Origin: Gemmatimonadaceae bacterium
GTDB lineage: Bacteria; Gemmatimonadota; Gemmatimonadetes; Gemmatimonadales; Gemmatimonadaceae
Assembly: GCA_045803545.1 (NCBI GenBank)
Contig: JBJMOW010000004.1
Coordinates: 32,001-96,000 of the forward strand
Direction: 5' to 3'
Length of the DNA: 64,000 bases
The position numbers and the translations under genes were made by a program. How positions within the stretch are numbered: the first letter of the stretch is position 1; each line of letters begins with the position of its first letter. This document shows, piece by piece, positions 51,501-59,306 of this stretch. The notes under the pieces were generated by a model. The model searched no databases and was not told where the DNA came from. It was given only the letters and a program-made list of their open reading frames with translations.

Positions 51501-51541
51501 CTTCGCCAAGTATTGCAACTGGCGGTAACCGTCCGTTATGA
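48518..51541 (+). CDS. polB: Family B DNA polymerase with 3'-5' exonuclease domain and C-terminal HTH
   Basis: Exo I FDTET, Exo II GFNLPFD, Exo III YNRRD; YYGGRAE; motif A DFISMYP, motif B KLVANSTSYG, motif C CDTDS; KRY; GAGGAGG RBS. Confidence 0.92.
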   Translation: MTADRLPIALRAYAERTDVPHRGGSPLARKVWPQQILVFDTETTVDALQRLTFGSYRHLERGADGKATLLEEGLFYEDALPRSDPNGFAALRAYVKQHSELKLFSKSEFLGEVFYRVAYQARGLVVGFNLPFDLTRLAATWGEGREKFYGGFSLVLWQAWHPEREEWIEDPWRPRVLLNLVNSKMAFIEFGTPMELDPRDAVRDATQQVGARKRPWAFRGNFLDVRTLAFALTGESYSLEGACKAFNVEHGKTVAEEHGRITDAYIEYNRRDVLATSELLERLKLEFDTHPIALNPCKAYSPASIGKAYVRALGVTSPVVKFADIPRELHGIAMSAYYGGRAECHIRKVPLPVVHTDFISMYPTVFALLGMWALVTAKSISVERCTEEAQRQLDTASTDAYFQQHLWRDLNWFGEIEPDGDIVPVRAQYDPSSDALNIGVNQFSTSQPFWYAGPDLVASLLLTGKAPKIKRAIRLVANGRQDGLKEVLFSGSLPIDAATGDFIKNVIEERKRTQRGTALTREDRDRIARTLKLVANSTSYGIFAEVNQQVLPLDTEADVRIFASGKSFDAKTRRPETPGEFCFPPFAALVTAAARLMLAMLERTVTDAEGTFAFCDTDSMAIVATENGGSVAVPGATRRHQNGVRGVKALSWSAVNEIVQRFEALNPYERSVIPGSVLEIKDVNFDDERKQRQLYVYAIASKRYTFFAKNGEKKVQIIEPSEHGLGHLINPLTDGGPRQWIEVFWEYIVAGALGLRPVRPSFLHVPALTRITVSSPHILRPFAQQEKELPFNERTSPTVFLLSASIAPNGHPVGADPERFHLLAPYQRDSTKWLEMKWTELHSAHDYPVTTEFPAPPYVAQVRSFADVLTDFVMRPEPKSASSSGELCERKTLGLLQRRDVRVASIHCVGKETNRLEPVQQGLVHDWSEVYTLYRNPELDAWRNDILPGLKRIRRKALSEATGITRRAIRSILNGYSLPSPRTRERLIATLETQASPSIATGGNRPL

Positions 51542-51572
51542 CCACCCTACATTTAACTATGTGCCCACAAGC

Positions 51573-51956
51573 ATGATAAAGCTTCGACCGAAAACGGTGC
51601 GTGATGCGGTAGGACCTTTTGCTGGCGCTGTCCTACTGACGCTTTGGGCATTCTTCATATTCGACGCCAATTGGCTAGAGCGCATAATCCTCGCGATCAT
51701 TTTTGGGTTTTTCGCTCAAGCCATTGGACTGATCGCATACTTCACGGCGTCGTACTTTAGCGCTTGGCTGATGGGCGAAAAGCTTGACACCAAGTCAATC
51801 GACATCTACGACCATCGAGTCGCGGGTGCGTTGCTGCTCGCCGCATTCGTGTACGTATTAGGCCAGCATTGGCGAAGCAGTGCTCGCGACTCTATAGCTC
51901 GCTGTGTACGAGAGGAAACTCGCGTGAGCATTCGGGCAGTTCACCAACGCGGTTGA
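51573..51956 (+). CDS. Small membrane protein, possibly frameshifted at its 3' end
   Basis: Three hydrophobic segments; ATG at 51573. Confidence 0.55.
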   Translation: MIKLRPKTVRDAVGPFAGAVLLTLWAFFIFDANWLERIILAIIFGFFAQAIGLIAYFTASYFSAWLMGEKLDTKSIDIYDHRVAGALLLAAFVYVLGQHWRSSARDSIARCVREETRVSIRAVHQRG

Positions 51957-52042
51957 CTTAGTCCAGTACTGCACCGATGAATACGGGCGCGAGGATTCCT
52001 CGCCGGACGACTGACATCATTCTGCGCTAGGCGCAGCCGTAC

Positions 52043-52678
52043 TCAGGTACAGGTCGCTCGAAGGCCGGTGAGCCTGACCTTCTTCACAGTCACAGTTGAA
52101 AAGCCATTCGACACCGCGAGTACCATAGGACTCGCCTGACCCGTGCGCGCGTCGAGTGTCACCGCAGTCGTCTTGTCGGTCTGAAAGTACGCGTGTGCCT
52201 CGTGACCATTCACGAAGTTCTGATAGTCGTCTTTCGCCAGAACAACAACCTGGACGTCCTTCGCTCCCCCGTCCGTCACTTCAATGTGACCCGTGACATG
52301 ACACTGCGCTTGTTGCGGCGTAACGTTCCATTCGAAGGATTGAATACTGCCAGCGGGTATCGTGATCTCTCCGTCAGGAGCGAGTTGTGTCACCGATGGC
52401 TGCATCACTTGTAACGCGCTGGCGGCTGATCGAGCACCACTCGAAGAGTCGTCGTTGTTTGCTGTTGCGAGGACAATGAAGAGTACCAACACCGCGAGGA
52501 CCAACAGACCGACCATGTTGCGAGTTCTGTTCGAGCGCTGCTCGACAGGCTTGGACGGAGCAGGGCGTTCAGGTTTGGGGGTGGCTGGCGCCGACGCCGC
52601 AGGCAAATCGCGTTTGCAATGTTTGCACACTACAGCAGCGTCTTGGATTTCCTCAGCGCAGTAAGGGCACGTTCTCAT
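52043..52678 (-). CDS. Zinc-ribbon membrane-anchored protein
   Basis: MRTCPYCAEEIQDAAVVCKHC, Pro-rich linker, TM helix and extracytoplasmic beta domain. Confidence 0.8.
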   Translation of the reverse strand: MRTCPYCAEEIQDAAVVCKHCKRDLPAASAPATPKPERPAPSKPVEQRSNRTRNMVGLLVLAVLVLFIVLATANNDDSSSGARSAASALQVMQPSVTQLAPDGEITIPAGSIQSFEWNVTPQQAQCHVTGHIEVTDGGAKDVQVVVLAKDDYQNFVNGHEAHAYFQTDKTTAVTLDARTGQASPMVLAVSNGFSTVTVKKVRLTGLRATCT

Positions 52679-52889
52679 TAAATCAGCTCGGTGATGGACT
52701 GGCTTTAGACGCCTACATGCAAACACCCGCAACCGCGCGTTCCTTGCGCTTTCGATATTGCCAGCGTTCTTCGCGAGTCGCGGCAAGAAATGATAGAAAA
52801 CAGGCAGTTCGGTGATATAAAAACGACATTGTTCTAGCGGCCAAAGCAGGGCAGTGTAGGGTGACGAATGCTTCTCAACAGGAGGTCGC

Positions 52890-53060
52890 ATGGCCCGCGT
52901 CCCACCTTATCACACCAACTCTCCCGAGTACCCTCCTCAGCATCGCGAGGTGTATCACGACAAAGACACCTGTCCAGACGGTAGGCGCATTAAACGCGAG
53001 CACCTTTTACAGGGCACGGGGAACAAGAAACACTGCTTCGAGTGCGACAAGGTTAGTTAG
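52890..53060 (+). CDS. 56-aa small protein with His/Cys metal-binding pattern (absent from the ORF track)
   Basis: AGGAGG RBS then MARVPPYHTNSPEYPPQHREVYHDKDTCPDGRRIKREHLLQGTGNKKHCFECDKVS*, followed by a hairpin. Confidence 0.7.
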   Translation: MARVPPYHTNSPEYPPQHREVYHDKDTCPDGRRIKREHLLQGTGNKKHCFECDKVS

Positions 53061-53071
53061 CCAATAAAGAA

Positions 53072-53106
53072 AGAGCGGGTAGGACTGAAAGGTCCTTACC
53101 CGCTCT
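53072..53106. terminator. Terminator hairpin between convergent small genes
   Basis: AGAGCGGGTA-GGAC/GTCC-T-TACCCGCTCT stem; T-rich tail on the minus strand. Confidence 0.75.
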
Positions 53107-53128
53107 GATCGTTTCTACTTCTAGCCAG

Positions 53129-53335
53129 TTACGGCTTTCTCCATTTGTCGGGATGACCGGCCGATGTGTCCCGCACACGCTCAACGTGCGGAGCAACACC
53201 AGGCTCTAATTCCCTCGCGCGTGCAATCGCTTCCTTCTGAGTCGGCTCGACTGCACTCGCCCGCTGAGAACCTGCACGTCGCACTGCGTAATCGCCTTCC
53301 TCTCGACGTTCGACAAAAATTTTTTTGCTAGACAT
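53129..53335 (-). CDS. DUF2188-like small protein
   Basis: YAVRR.GS.RAS....TQKEAIARAREL pattern. Confidence 0.75.
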   Translation of the reverse strand: MSSKKIFVERREEGDYAVRRAGSQRASAVEPTQKEAIARARELEPGVAPHVERVRDTSAGHPDKWRKP

Positions 53336-53456
53336 CGTAAACCTACCGCGGAAGAGGTTTAGGTGAGACTCTTATGCACGATAACATCGCGTAATGTGCA
53401 AGTGGTAGATCGAGGCCGCGTGAAGAACGGTAGTTGTTAGTACAGATCGCTACTTG

Positions 53457-53489
53457 GCGGAAGTGATTCTTGCCCTTCCCTCTATACCC
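53457..53489 (-). repeat. Right terminal inverted repeat
   Basis: ...GCGGAAGTGA...CTTCCCTCTATACCC is the inverted counterpart of 39133-39165. Confidence 0.8.
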
Positions 53490-53503
53490 CTGAACGCCAT
53501 CGC
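53490..53503 (+). repeat. Right target-site duplication CTGAACGCCATCGC
   Basis: Identical to 39119-39132. Confidence 0.92.
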
Positions 53504-53732
53504 GGAGCCGGCCCGCGGTGGTTATCGACGCTACCTCGGCTGGACAATGGCGATGTTGCCGGTGCCTTCGGGTTGGAGCCGTGTTCGGAAAGTCCTTTCG
53601 CCGCTTGGTGAGCGCGCAACGGACGGCGATATCCCGTCAGACAGCGATCTGCTGGACGCAGCGCTCGAGGCGTATCGGCTGCGGCGTGAAAAGGTGCAGC
53701 CGTTGCTTGATTGGGGGATTGCCTGCGACTAG
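53490..53732 (+). pseudogene. 3' remnant of the interrupted host DNA methyltransferase
   Basis: LNAIAEPARGGYRRYLGW..AMLPVP continues the 36194 ORF in frame and resembles MTase target-recognition C-termini. Confidence 0.85.
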
Positions 53733-55945
53733 CGGGGGCGGGCGAGTGGCGCGTCGCTCCCGCCGCAGAAGTGCGCGCGCTGATAGCTGAACTGATCCTC
53801 GGCGATACGCCCACGGTGTCGGGTCTCGGGCAAATCGAATTGCATGATCACCAGAGGTCGGTGCTCAGACGTTTGAATGATGCGATCGACCGTTTCAACG
53901 GCGCGCTGCTGTGCGATGAAGTCGGCATGGGCAAGACCTACGTCGCCATTGCGGTCTCGCGACGCTTTGCCGACTGGATGGTCGTGACTCCCGCTGCACT
54001 CGTTCCGATGTGGCGTTCCGCCCTCGAGCGCACAGAATCGCGCGCCGACGTTCTCACCTTCGAGACCCTCAGTCGATCTGACTTTGACGACTTTCGTGGG
54101 AAGCGCAGAACATCGCAACGCCGCGGCCTGGTGATCGTCGACGAAGCGCATCATGCGCGAAATCCACGAACCAATCGATACTTCGCGCTCGAGCACCTTG
54201 TTCGCAATGCCAGGGTTTTGCTCCTCAGCGCGACACCGATACACAACCGCCGAAATGATCTCGTCGCGCTGCTCTCATTGTTTCTGGGGTCTCGCGCGAC
54301 GACCATGACCGCTGCCGAGCTATCGCAATGTGTAATTCGTCGAGAGCAAAGCCAGCTCGATCGGTCATCGCCCATTCCGGGTATCCTGCCGGTGGTTCCC
54401 CATGCAGTGGGCGACGACCCTGCGATCGTCGCAGTGCTAATGAATCTCCCACCGCCGGTCCCGCTGCGTGATGGAGGAATCGCGAGTGCCCTTGTCGGCA
54501 GGAACCTCGTTCACCAATGGGCATCGAGTGAAGCAGCGCTCCACGAAGCGCTCCGGCGACGAATTGCCCGGGCAATCGCGCTGTCATCTTCACTCGAAGC
54601 CGGTAACTACCCGACACTCAAAGAGCTCGAGCATTGGGTCTACGAGGATGGCGCGTTACAGCTTGGTTTCGCCGAACTCCTGTCGTCTCCAGCGCCCGGA
54701 CATGTGGAGCTGTTGAACGGTGTACGCGCGCATGTGGCGACACTACAATCGATACGGAAGCGATTCGATTCGACCGCGCTCGATGCAAATCGAGCCGAAA
54801 CTGTTTCGCAAATTCGGGCATCACGCGGCAAAGCAAAGATTGTCGCGTTCTCACAATACGCGCAGACCATCGCAATGCTCTACCGGCGTCTCGCGAAGTT
54901 CGGCTACGTCGGCATGCTGACGTCGCACGGTGCACGAGTGGCTGGTGGTCCGCTCACTCGGAGTGAAGCAATTGCCCGATTTGCTCCGCTCGCCACTAGC
55001 TCGCGCCAGCCGCCTCGCGGCGAAGCGATTCAACTGCTGCTCACGACCGATTTGCTGAGCGAGGGAGTCAATCTGCAGGACGCCGACACGGTGATTCACC
55101 TCGACATCCCGTGGACTGCGGCCCGAATGGAACAGCGAGTTGGCCGTGTCGCTCGCATTGGCTCAATGCATGAAGAAGTTCACGTGCATCTGATTTGTCA
55201 GCCGGCGAGCGCGGCCAGAGTTTTGAATAGCGAGCCAACCGTAGAGCGCAAATTGACGATTGCTCGCGCGGAAGACGACGTGCCCCGCAAGGTCGAGCAG
55301 CTGCGCGACGTGCTCTATGAGTGGCGTGGCCGATCGCAGCTGTCGGGAGTCGATGACGCGGCGATTGTAGTCGGCGCAGCGACGGCCGACGAAGATCTTT
55401 TCATCGCAGCTGTCACGCTCGACGGACGAAAGCACCTCGTGGTCAGCTGCACCCAGAATGTGACCAATGCGTTGGGCGAGCAGCTACGTGTATGTAGCCT
55501 GCCAGCGAGCTCCGACGTTCCAGTAGACGAACGTGCGGCACTGGCAGCTGTGGATGCACTGAACGGCTGGTGCATAACTCAGCGCGCGGCATCAGCGGCG
55601 GGCGTGATTGCTTCGCAGGCAACTGGCCGCCGCGAGCTGATCGCCCGCATCGATCTGGCCATAGAATCAGCACCACCGCATCGGCGCAGCACCAGACTCG
55701 CGTTGGCCGCGCGAGCCCGCAGAGTCGTGACTGCCGCGCAGTGCGCCGATGTCGAGCACGACCTTGAGACCATTCTTCAGACCAGCCTGCCTGAAGAAGA
55801 ATGGCTTGCGGCGGTCGCTAATCTCGACACGCAGCAAGCCATTCGATCAGAGTCAGATGCTGACCGCTTCCATATTCACGCCGTTCTGCTTCTTAACGTC
55901 AGACAGCCTCGATCTCAGCCGCTGCCCGATCCAGAATGTCTTTGA
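53711..55945 (+). CDS. SNF2-like superfamily 2 helicase/ATPase
   Basis: LCDEVGMGKT, VDEAHH, LSATP, SEGVNLQ and EQRVGRVAR motifs; start uncertain. Confidence 0.88.
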   Translation: MGDCLRLAGAGEWRVAPAAEVRALIAELILGDTPTVSGLGQIELHDHQRSVLRRLNDAIDRFNGALLCDEVGMGKTYVAIAVSRRFADWMVVTPAALVPMWRSALERTESRADVLTFETLSRSDFDDFRGKRRTSQRRGLVIVDEAHHARNPRTNRYFALEHLVRNARVLLLSATPIHNRRNDLVALLSLFLGSRATTMTAAELSQCVIRREQSQLDRSSPIPGILPVVPHAVGDDPAIVAVLMNLPPPVPLRDGGIASALVGRNLVHQWASSEAALHEALRRRIARAIALSSSLEAGNYPTLKELEHWVYEDGALQLGFAELLSSPAPGHVELLNGVRAHVATLQSIRKRFDSTALDANRAETVSQIRASRGKAKIVAFSQYAQTIAMLYRRLAKFGYVGMLTSHGARVAGGPLTRSEAIARFAPLATSSRQPPRGEAIQLLLTTDLLSEGVNLQDADTVIHLDIPWTAARMEQRVGRVARIGSMHEEVHVHLICQPASAARVLNSEPTVERKLTIARAEDDVPRKVEQLRDVLYEWRGRSQLSGVDDAAIVVGAATADEDLFIAAVTLDGRKHLVVSCTQNVTNALGEQLRVCSLPASSDVPVDERAALAAVDALNGWCITQRAASAAGVIASQATGRRELIARIDLAIESAPPHRRSTRLALAARARRVVTAAQCADVEHDLETILQTSLPEEEWLAAVANLDTQQAIRSESDADRFHIHAVLLLNVRQPRSQPLPDPECL

Positions 55946-56516
55946 TCTTTTTTATTTGCTCAGCCGAACGAGTGCCGGTCCTGGCGTACACCGCGCGGCC
56001 GACGTCTTTGAAGCCGCGATGCACTTCCATCATCGGCTCCCCAAAAATGCTTTGTGCGAAGTCAGCGATCTTCGAGAAGATGTCGTCGATAAGCGGCTGA
56101 TTCTCGGCGAGGTGTTTGCGACCTTCATCGGTGATCTCGTAAATCTTCTTGCCGTTCTCTTCCGGCATCGCGCGTGCATAGCCGAGATCCTCGAGCATCG
56201 TCAAAGTGGGATAAACGGTGCCGGGGCTCGGTGAGTACATCCCGCCAAAACGCTCTTCGATCTCCTTGATGATCTCGTAGCCGTGCCTCGGCTTCTCATC
56301 GAGCAGACGCAGAATGACGAACTTGAGGTGACCTTGATCGAACATCCGGCCACCACCGAACGGACCGCCGCGACTTCTTCCGCGACCGGGCCACCCACCC
56401 CAGAACGCACCGGTATCGAATCCCCAGTTCTCGGGACGTCCCGCGAACGCCCAGGCGAAGCCAGGGCCACAGTTGCTACCAATGCCACCACCGGGTCCAA
56501 ATTTCCATTCGCGCAT
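55899..56516 (-). CDS. PadR-family transcriptional regulator (YqjI-like)
   Basis: PRHGYEIIKEIEE..YSPSPGTVYPTL; GGAGG RBS before ATG 56516. Confidence 0.9.
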   Translation of the reverse strand: MREWKFGPGGGIGSNCGPGFAWAFAGRPENWGFDTGAFWGGWPGRGRSRGGPFGGGRMFDQGHLKFVILRLLDEKPRHGYEIIKEIEERFGGMYSPSPGTVYPTLTMLEDLGYARAMPEENGKKIYEITDEGRKHLAENQPLIDDIFSKIADFAQSIFGEPMMEVHRGFKDVGRAVYARTGTRSAEQIKKIKDILDRAAAEIEAV

Positions 56517-56578
56517 CGAATTGCCTCCGTGCCTAGCGTATTGAGCCAGCGAGGCGCCATTCAGCGCCGCAGATAGTA

Positions 56579-56627
56579 CTGGCGATATATCGGTACGGCC
56601 AGAAGCTATATCTGGCGATATATCGCC
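56579..56627. promoter_or_regulatory. Candidate PadR operator pair
   Basis: CTGGCGATATATCG repeated at 56579 and 56612; each contains the palindrome CGATATATCG. Confidence 0.6.
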
Positions 56628-56761
56628 GCAACCCCCCACTTCACTTGCCAATACAAAGGATGTGCGGAGAAACGGTCGCGCAAGTTGAAGCCAGAAAGCG
56701 ACTTACATCACTGACAATATTGGGGTTAGTCGGGCTTGCATCTTGCCGAAATCTCAACGTC

Positions 56762-58477
56762 ATGATCGCCGAGCCCCGCAGCCTCACGCTCCTGATCCTC
56801 TCGATTGCCCTCGTGCTGGTCGGCGCATACGCCGTAGTCGAGATCGCGCGAAGAGTGCGCTTTCATGAAGGACGTCGCCGGTATCGCTGGACATACCTTG
56901 GCGCACTCGCATTCGGACTCACTGTGTGGGCGGCAGATCTCACCGGCACACTGGCACTGAGCCCACACTGGCCAGTGTGGTTCAGTACTCTCTTCGTCAT
57001 CGCGTCAGCCGTCGCCGCACTCATCGCCGGCAGCGCTGTTTTTTTCGCTGTCTACAGAACGGAGCGCCATAACGCACTCATCGCTCTTGCGATTGTCGTT
57101 GCCTTCGGGGCGATCGGCGGTACTCACTACGCGACTTTCATGGGGACGCGGAGCACCCTGGCCGAGGCTGACGCCACCGAAGTTCTTCTAACGGGCACGT
57201 TCGCACTCGGTCTGACCGTTTCGATTCTTGGCACCGTCCTCCTCGCCGGCGCAGCCGCGTCGACACGTTTCGAACGGTGGAGCATCGCGACCCGAAGCAG
57301 GTTCGAAAGCCTGCTCGAGCTCGCTCCACAGATCGTTTGGTTCGCTGAGTCGGATGGCCGTATCACGTATTGCAACCAGTACTGGTACAACTACACCGGC
57401 ATGTCGACGGGTGAGACACTCGGCGATGGCTGGGTAAGTGCCCTCCATCCCGACGACCGTGATTCAGTCCTGCTCAATTGGTCGAACGCGGTGAAAGCGG
57501 GAGAAGATTTTGAGAGCGAGATGAGACTCCGCTCTGCTGATGGAGACTACTGCTGGTTCCTGGTGCGGAGCCGCCCCAGCCGGGATGAATCAGGTAAGAT
57601 CCATTCGTGGCTCGGGATCGCTGTCGACATCGAGGAGCGGAAACAGGCAGAAGAACAAGCCCTCGCCGCTAGCCAGGCCAAGTCTGAATTCCTCGCCAGC
57701 ATGAGTCACGAGCTTCGCACACCACTCAACGCGATTGGTGGCTACGCAGAGCTCCTCGCGCTCGGTGTACGTGGGTCCCTAAACGCTGATCAGGCGCAGG
57801 ACATCGCTCGCATCAGGCGCAGTCAGAAGCACCTGCTCACCCTTATCAACGATGTCCTGAATTTCGCCAAGGTGGACGCCGGTCAGGCGGAATATAGAAT
57901 GACCGCGGTTCCCATCGACGAAGCGCTAAAGGACACTGAGTCGATGATCGCACCGCAGATTCTGGCGAAGGGCCTGCAATACGCCTACAAAGGAGCCGGC
58001 AGAGCGGAAGCGGTGCTCGCGGATCCGGAGAAGATGCAGCAGATCGTTCTCAACCTCCTCAGCAACGCTGTGAAGTTCACCGAAACCGGTGGCTCGATCA
58101 GCATGTCCGCGACGCCCCGCGGTCAGTGCATTGAGATCGCAGTGCAGGACACCGGCGTTGGGATTCCGGAAGAGAAACTCGACAAGGTTTTCGATCCCTT
58201 CGTCCAGGCTGGTCGCCAGCTCAATCAGCCGGCGCAGGGCATTGGTCTCGGCCTCGCAATCAGCCGGGACCTCGCGCGCGCCATGAACGGCGAGATCATA
58301 CTCGATAGCTCGGTCGGCAAAGGCTCGACGTTCACCCTCGCATTGCCGCGCGCGCCACGTATGGATCCCGCCGATGTCGCTGCGGCTACCGCCGCCGCGC
58401 TCGGTGAAGACGCAATGCCTCGCCCGGACGCCAGCGGGCTAGCCGACCGCTCGCTTCAGGAAGCTTCGCATACCTAG
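56762..58477 (+). CDS. Membrane sensor histidine kinase (degenerate MHYT-like - PAS - HisKA - HATPase)
   Basis: TM region; PAS (NQYWYNYTG, LHPDD); MSHELRTPL, NLLSNAVKFT, DTGVGI and GLGL motifs. Confidence 0.9.
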   Translation: MIAEPRSLTLLILSIALVLVGAYAVVEIARRVRFHEGRRRYRWTYLGALAFGLTVWAADLTGTLALSPHWPVWFSTLFVIASAVAALIAGSAVFFAVYRTERHNALIALAIVVAFGAIGGTHYATFMGTRSTLAEADATEVLLTGTFALGLTVSILGTVLLAGAAASTRFERWSIATRSRFESLLELAPQIVWFAESDGRITYCNQYWYNYTGMSTGETLGDGWVSALHPDDRDSVLLNWSNAVKAGEDFESEMRLRSADGDYCWFLVRSRPSRDESGKIHSWLGIAVDIEERKQAEEQALAASQAKSEFLASMSHELRTPLNAIGGYAELLALGVRGSLNADQAQDIARIRRSQKHLLTLINDVLNFAKVDAGQAEYRMTAVPIDEALKDTESMIAPQILAKGLQYAYKGAGRAEAVLADPEKMQQIVLNLLSNAVKFTETGGSISMSATPRGQCIEIAVQDTGVGIPEEKLDKVFDPFVQAGRQLNQPAQGIGLGLAISRDLARAMNGEIILDSSVGKGSTFTLALPRAPRMDPADVAAATAAALGEDAMPRPDASGLADRSLQEASHT

Positions 58478-59248
58478 CACCCAGAAAAGTGCGGTGATCG
58501 CGATCAATGCGACGACCACGATCGGCAGCGTCATGTGGGGCGAGGCTGGCGTCAGCGCGCCCCGCATTCCTTCTGCGACGTAAACCAGCGGGTTGATCAA
58601 CACCGCGTACTTCATGACGGGAACTGTGCTCAGTCCCTGCCACGGGTAATACGCGCAGCCAAAGAAAATCATCGGCGCCAGTATGACGCCGAACATCAAG
58701 CCGATCTGCTGCGGCTGAATAGCGGTGCCCAGGAAAAGTCCGAGCGATGAGAACGCGGCGGCACCGAGAATGGTGATTAGCAGCACACTCCCGAAATGCG
58801 CGAACGTAAGATTCGGGATCGTACCCATGATCAGTCTCGCTACGGGGAGAACGAAGAGGGCCGACACGATTCCTTGCAGAACGCCCGCCACAATTTTTTC
58901 TGCCGCGACGAGGATAATCGGAACCGGAGCAAGCAAACGATCCTCGATCTCTTTCGTCCAGCCAAAGTCCTGCACCATTGGCAGCGCCACCGACTGGATG
59001 CTGGAGAAAGTGAGGCTGATCGCTAGGACTCCGGGCAGCAGTGCCGTCGTGTAGCCGCGACCCATGAACCCCATCCGCGGCAGCAAGTACCCGAACACGA
59101 TTACGAACATCAGGGGCTGCAGCGTCGTGCGCAGCAGAAAAAACGGCAATTCTCGCCGCGCCACGCGCATGTCGCGACGCAGAAGTGCAAAGAAAACCGA
59201 AGACGCGCGGACCTCAGCGCGAGTCGGCGCCAGAGTCGCGACGGTCAC
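58439..59248 (-). CDS. ABC-2 type transporter permease
   Basis: Six TM segments; EDRLLAP and NPLVY..EGMR motifs. Confidence 0.88.
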   Translation of the reverse strand: MTVATLAPTRAEVRASSVFFALLRRDMRVARRELPFFLLRTTLQPLMFVIVFGYLLPRMGFMGRGYTTALLPGVLAISLTFSSIQSVALPMVQDFGWTKEIEDRLLAPVPIILVAAEKIVAGVLQGIVSALFVLPVARLIMGTIPNLTFAHFGSVLLITILGAAAFSSLGLFLGTAIQPQQIGLMFGVILAPMIFFGCAYYPWQGLSTVPVMKYAVLINPLVYVAEGMRGALTPASPHMTLPIVVVALIAITALFWVLGMRSFLKRAVG

Positions 59249-59306
59249 TCAGCCCTCACACTCATCCCGCCGTCGCGTCCCGCATCCCCGCATCCCGCCT
59301 CCGCCA

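Larger units (their letters stand above)
39133..53489. mobile_element. Casposon (Cas1-integrase/PolB self-synthesizing element), ~14.36 kb
   Basis: Solo cas1, PolB, HNH and HTH genes bounded by imperfect TIRs and a 14-bp direct repeat; interrupts a host gene; visibly more AT-rich than its flanks. Confidence 0.9.

Noticed and set aside
39133..53489. Prophage, ICE or tyrosine-integrase island
   Set aside because: No virion, conjugation, tyrosine/serine recombinase or DDE transposase motifs; the ends are inverted repeats inside a duplicated target.
53454..53732. Independent 92-aa gene
   Set aside because: Its first 12 codons are the right TIR and the rest is the severed MTase C-terminus. Expression from the in-TIR TTG/GTG cannot be excluded but has no clear RBS.
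55899..55945. 47-bp convergent overlap of the helicase and padR genes as a regulatory feature
   Set aside because: Short 3' overlaps are common in this window (e.g. 58439-58477 and 41076-41092) and need no special explanation.
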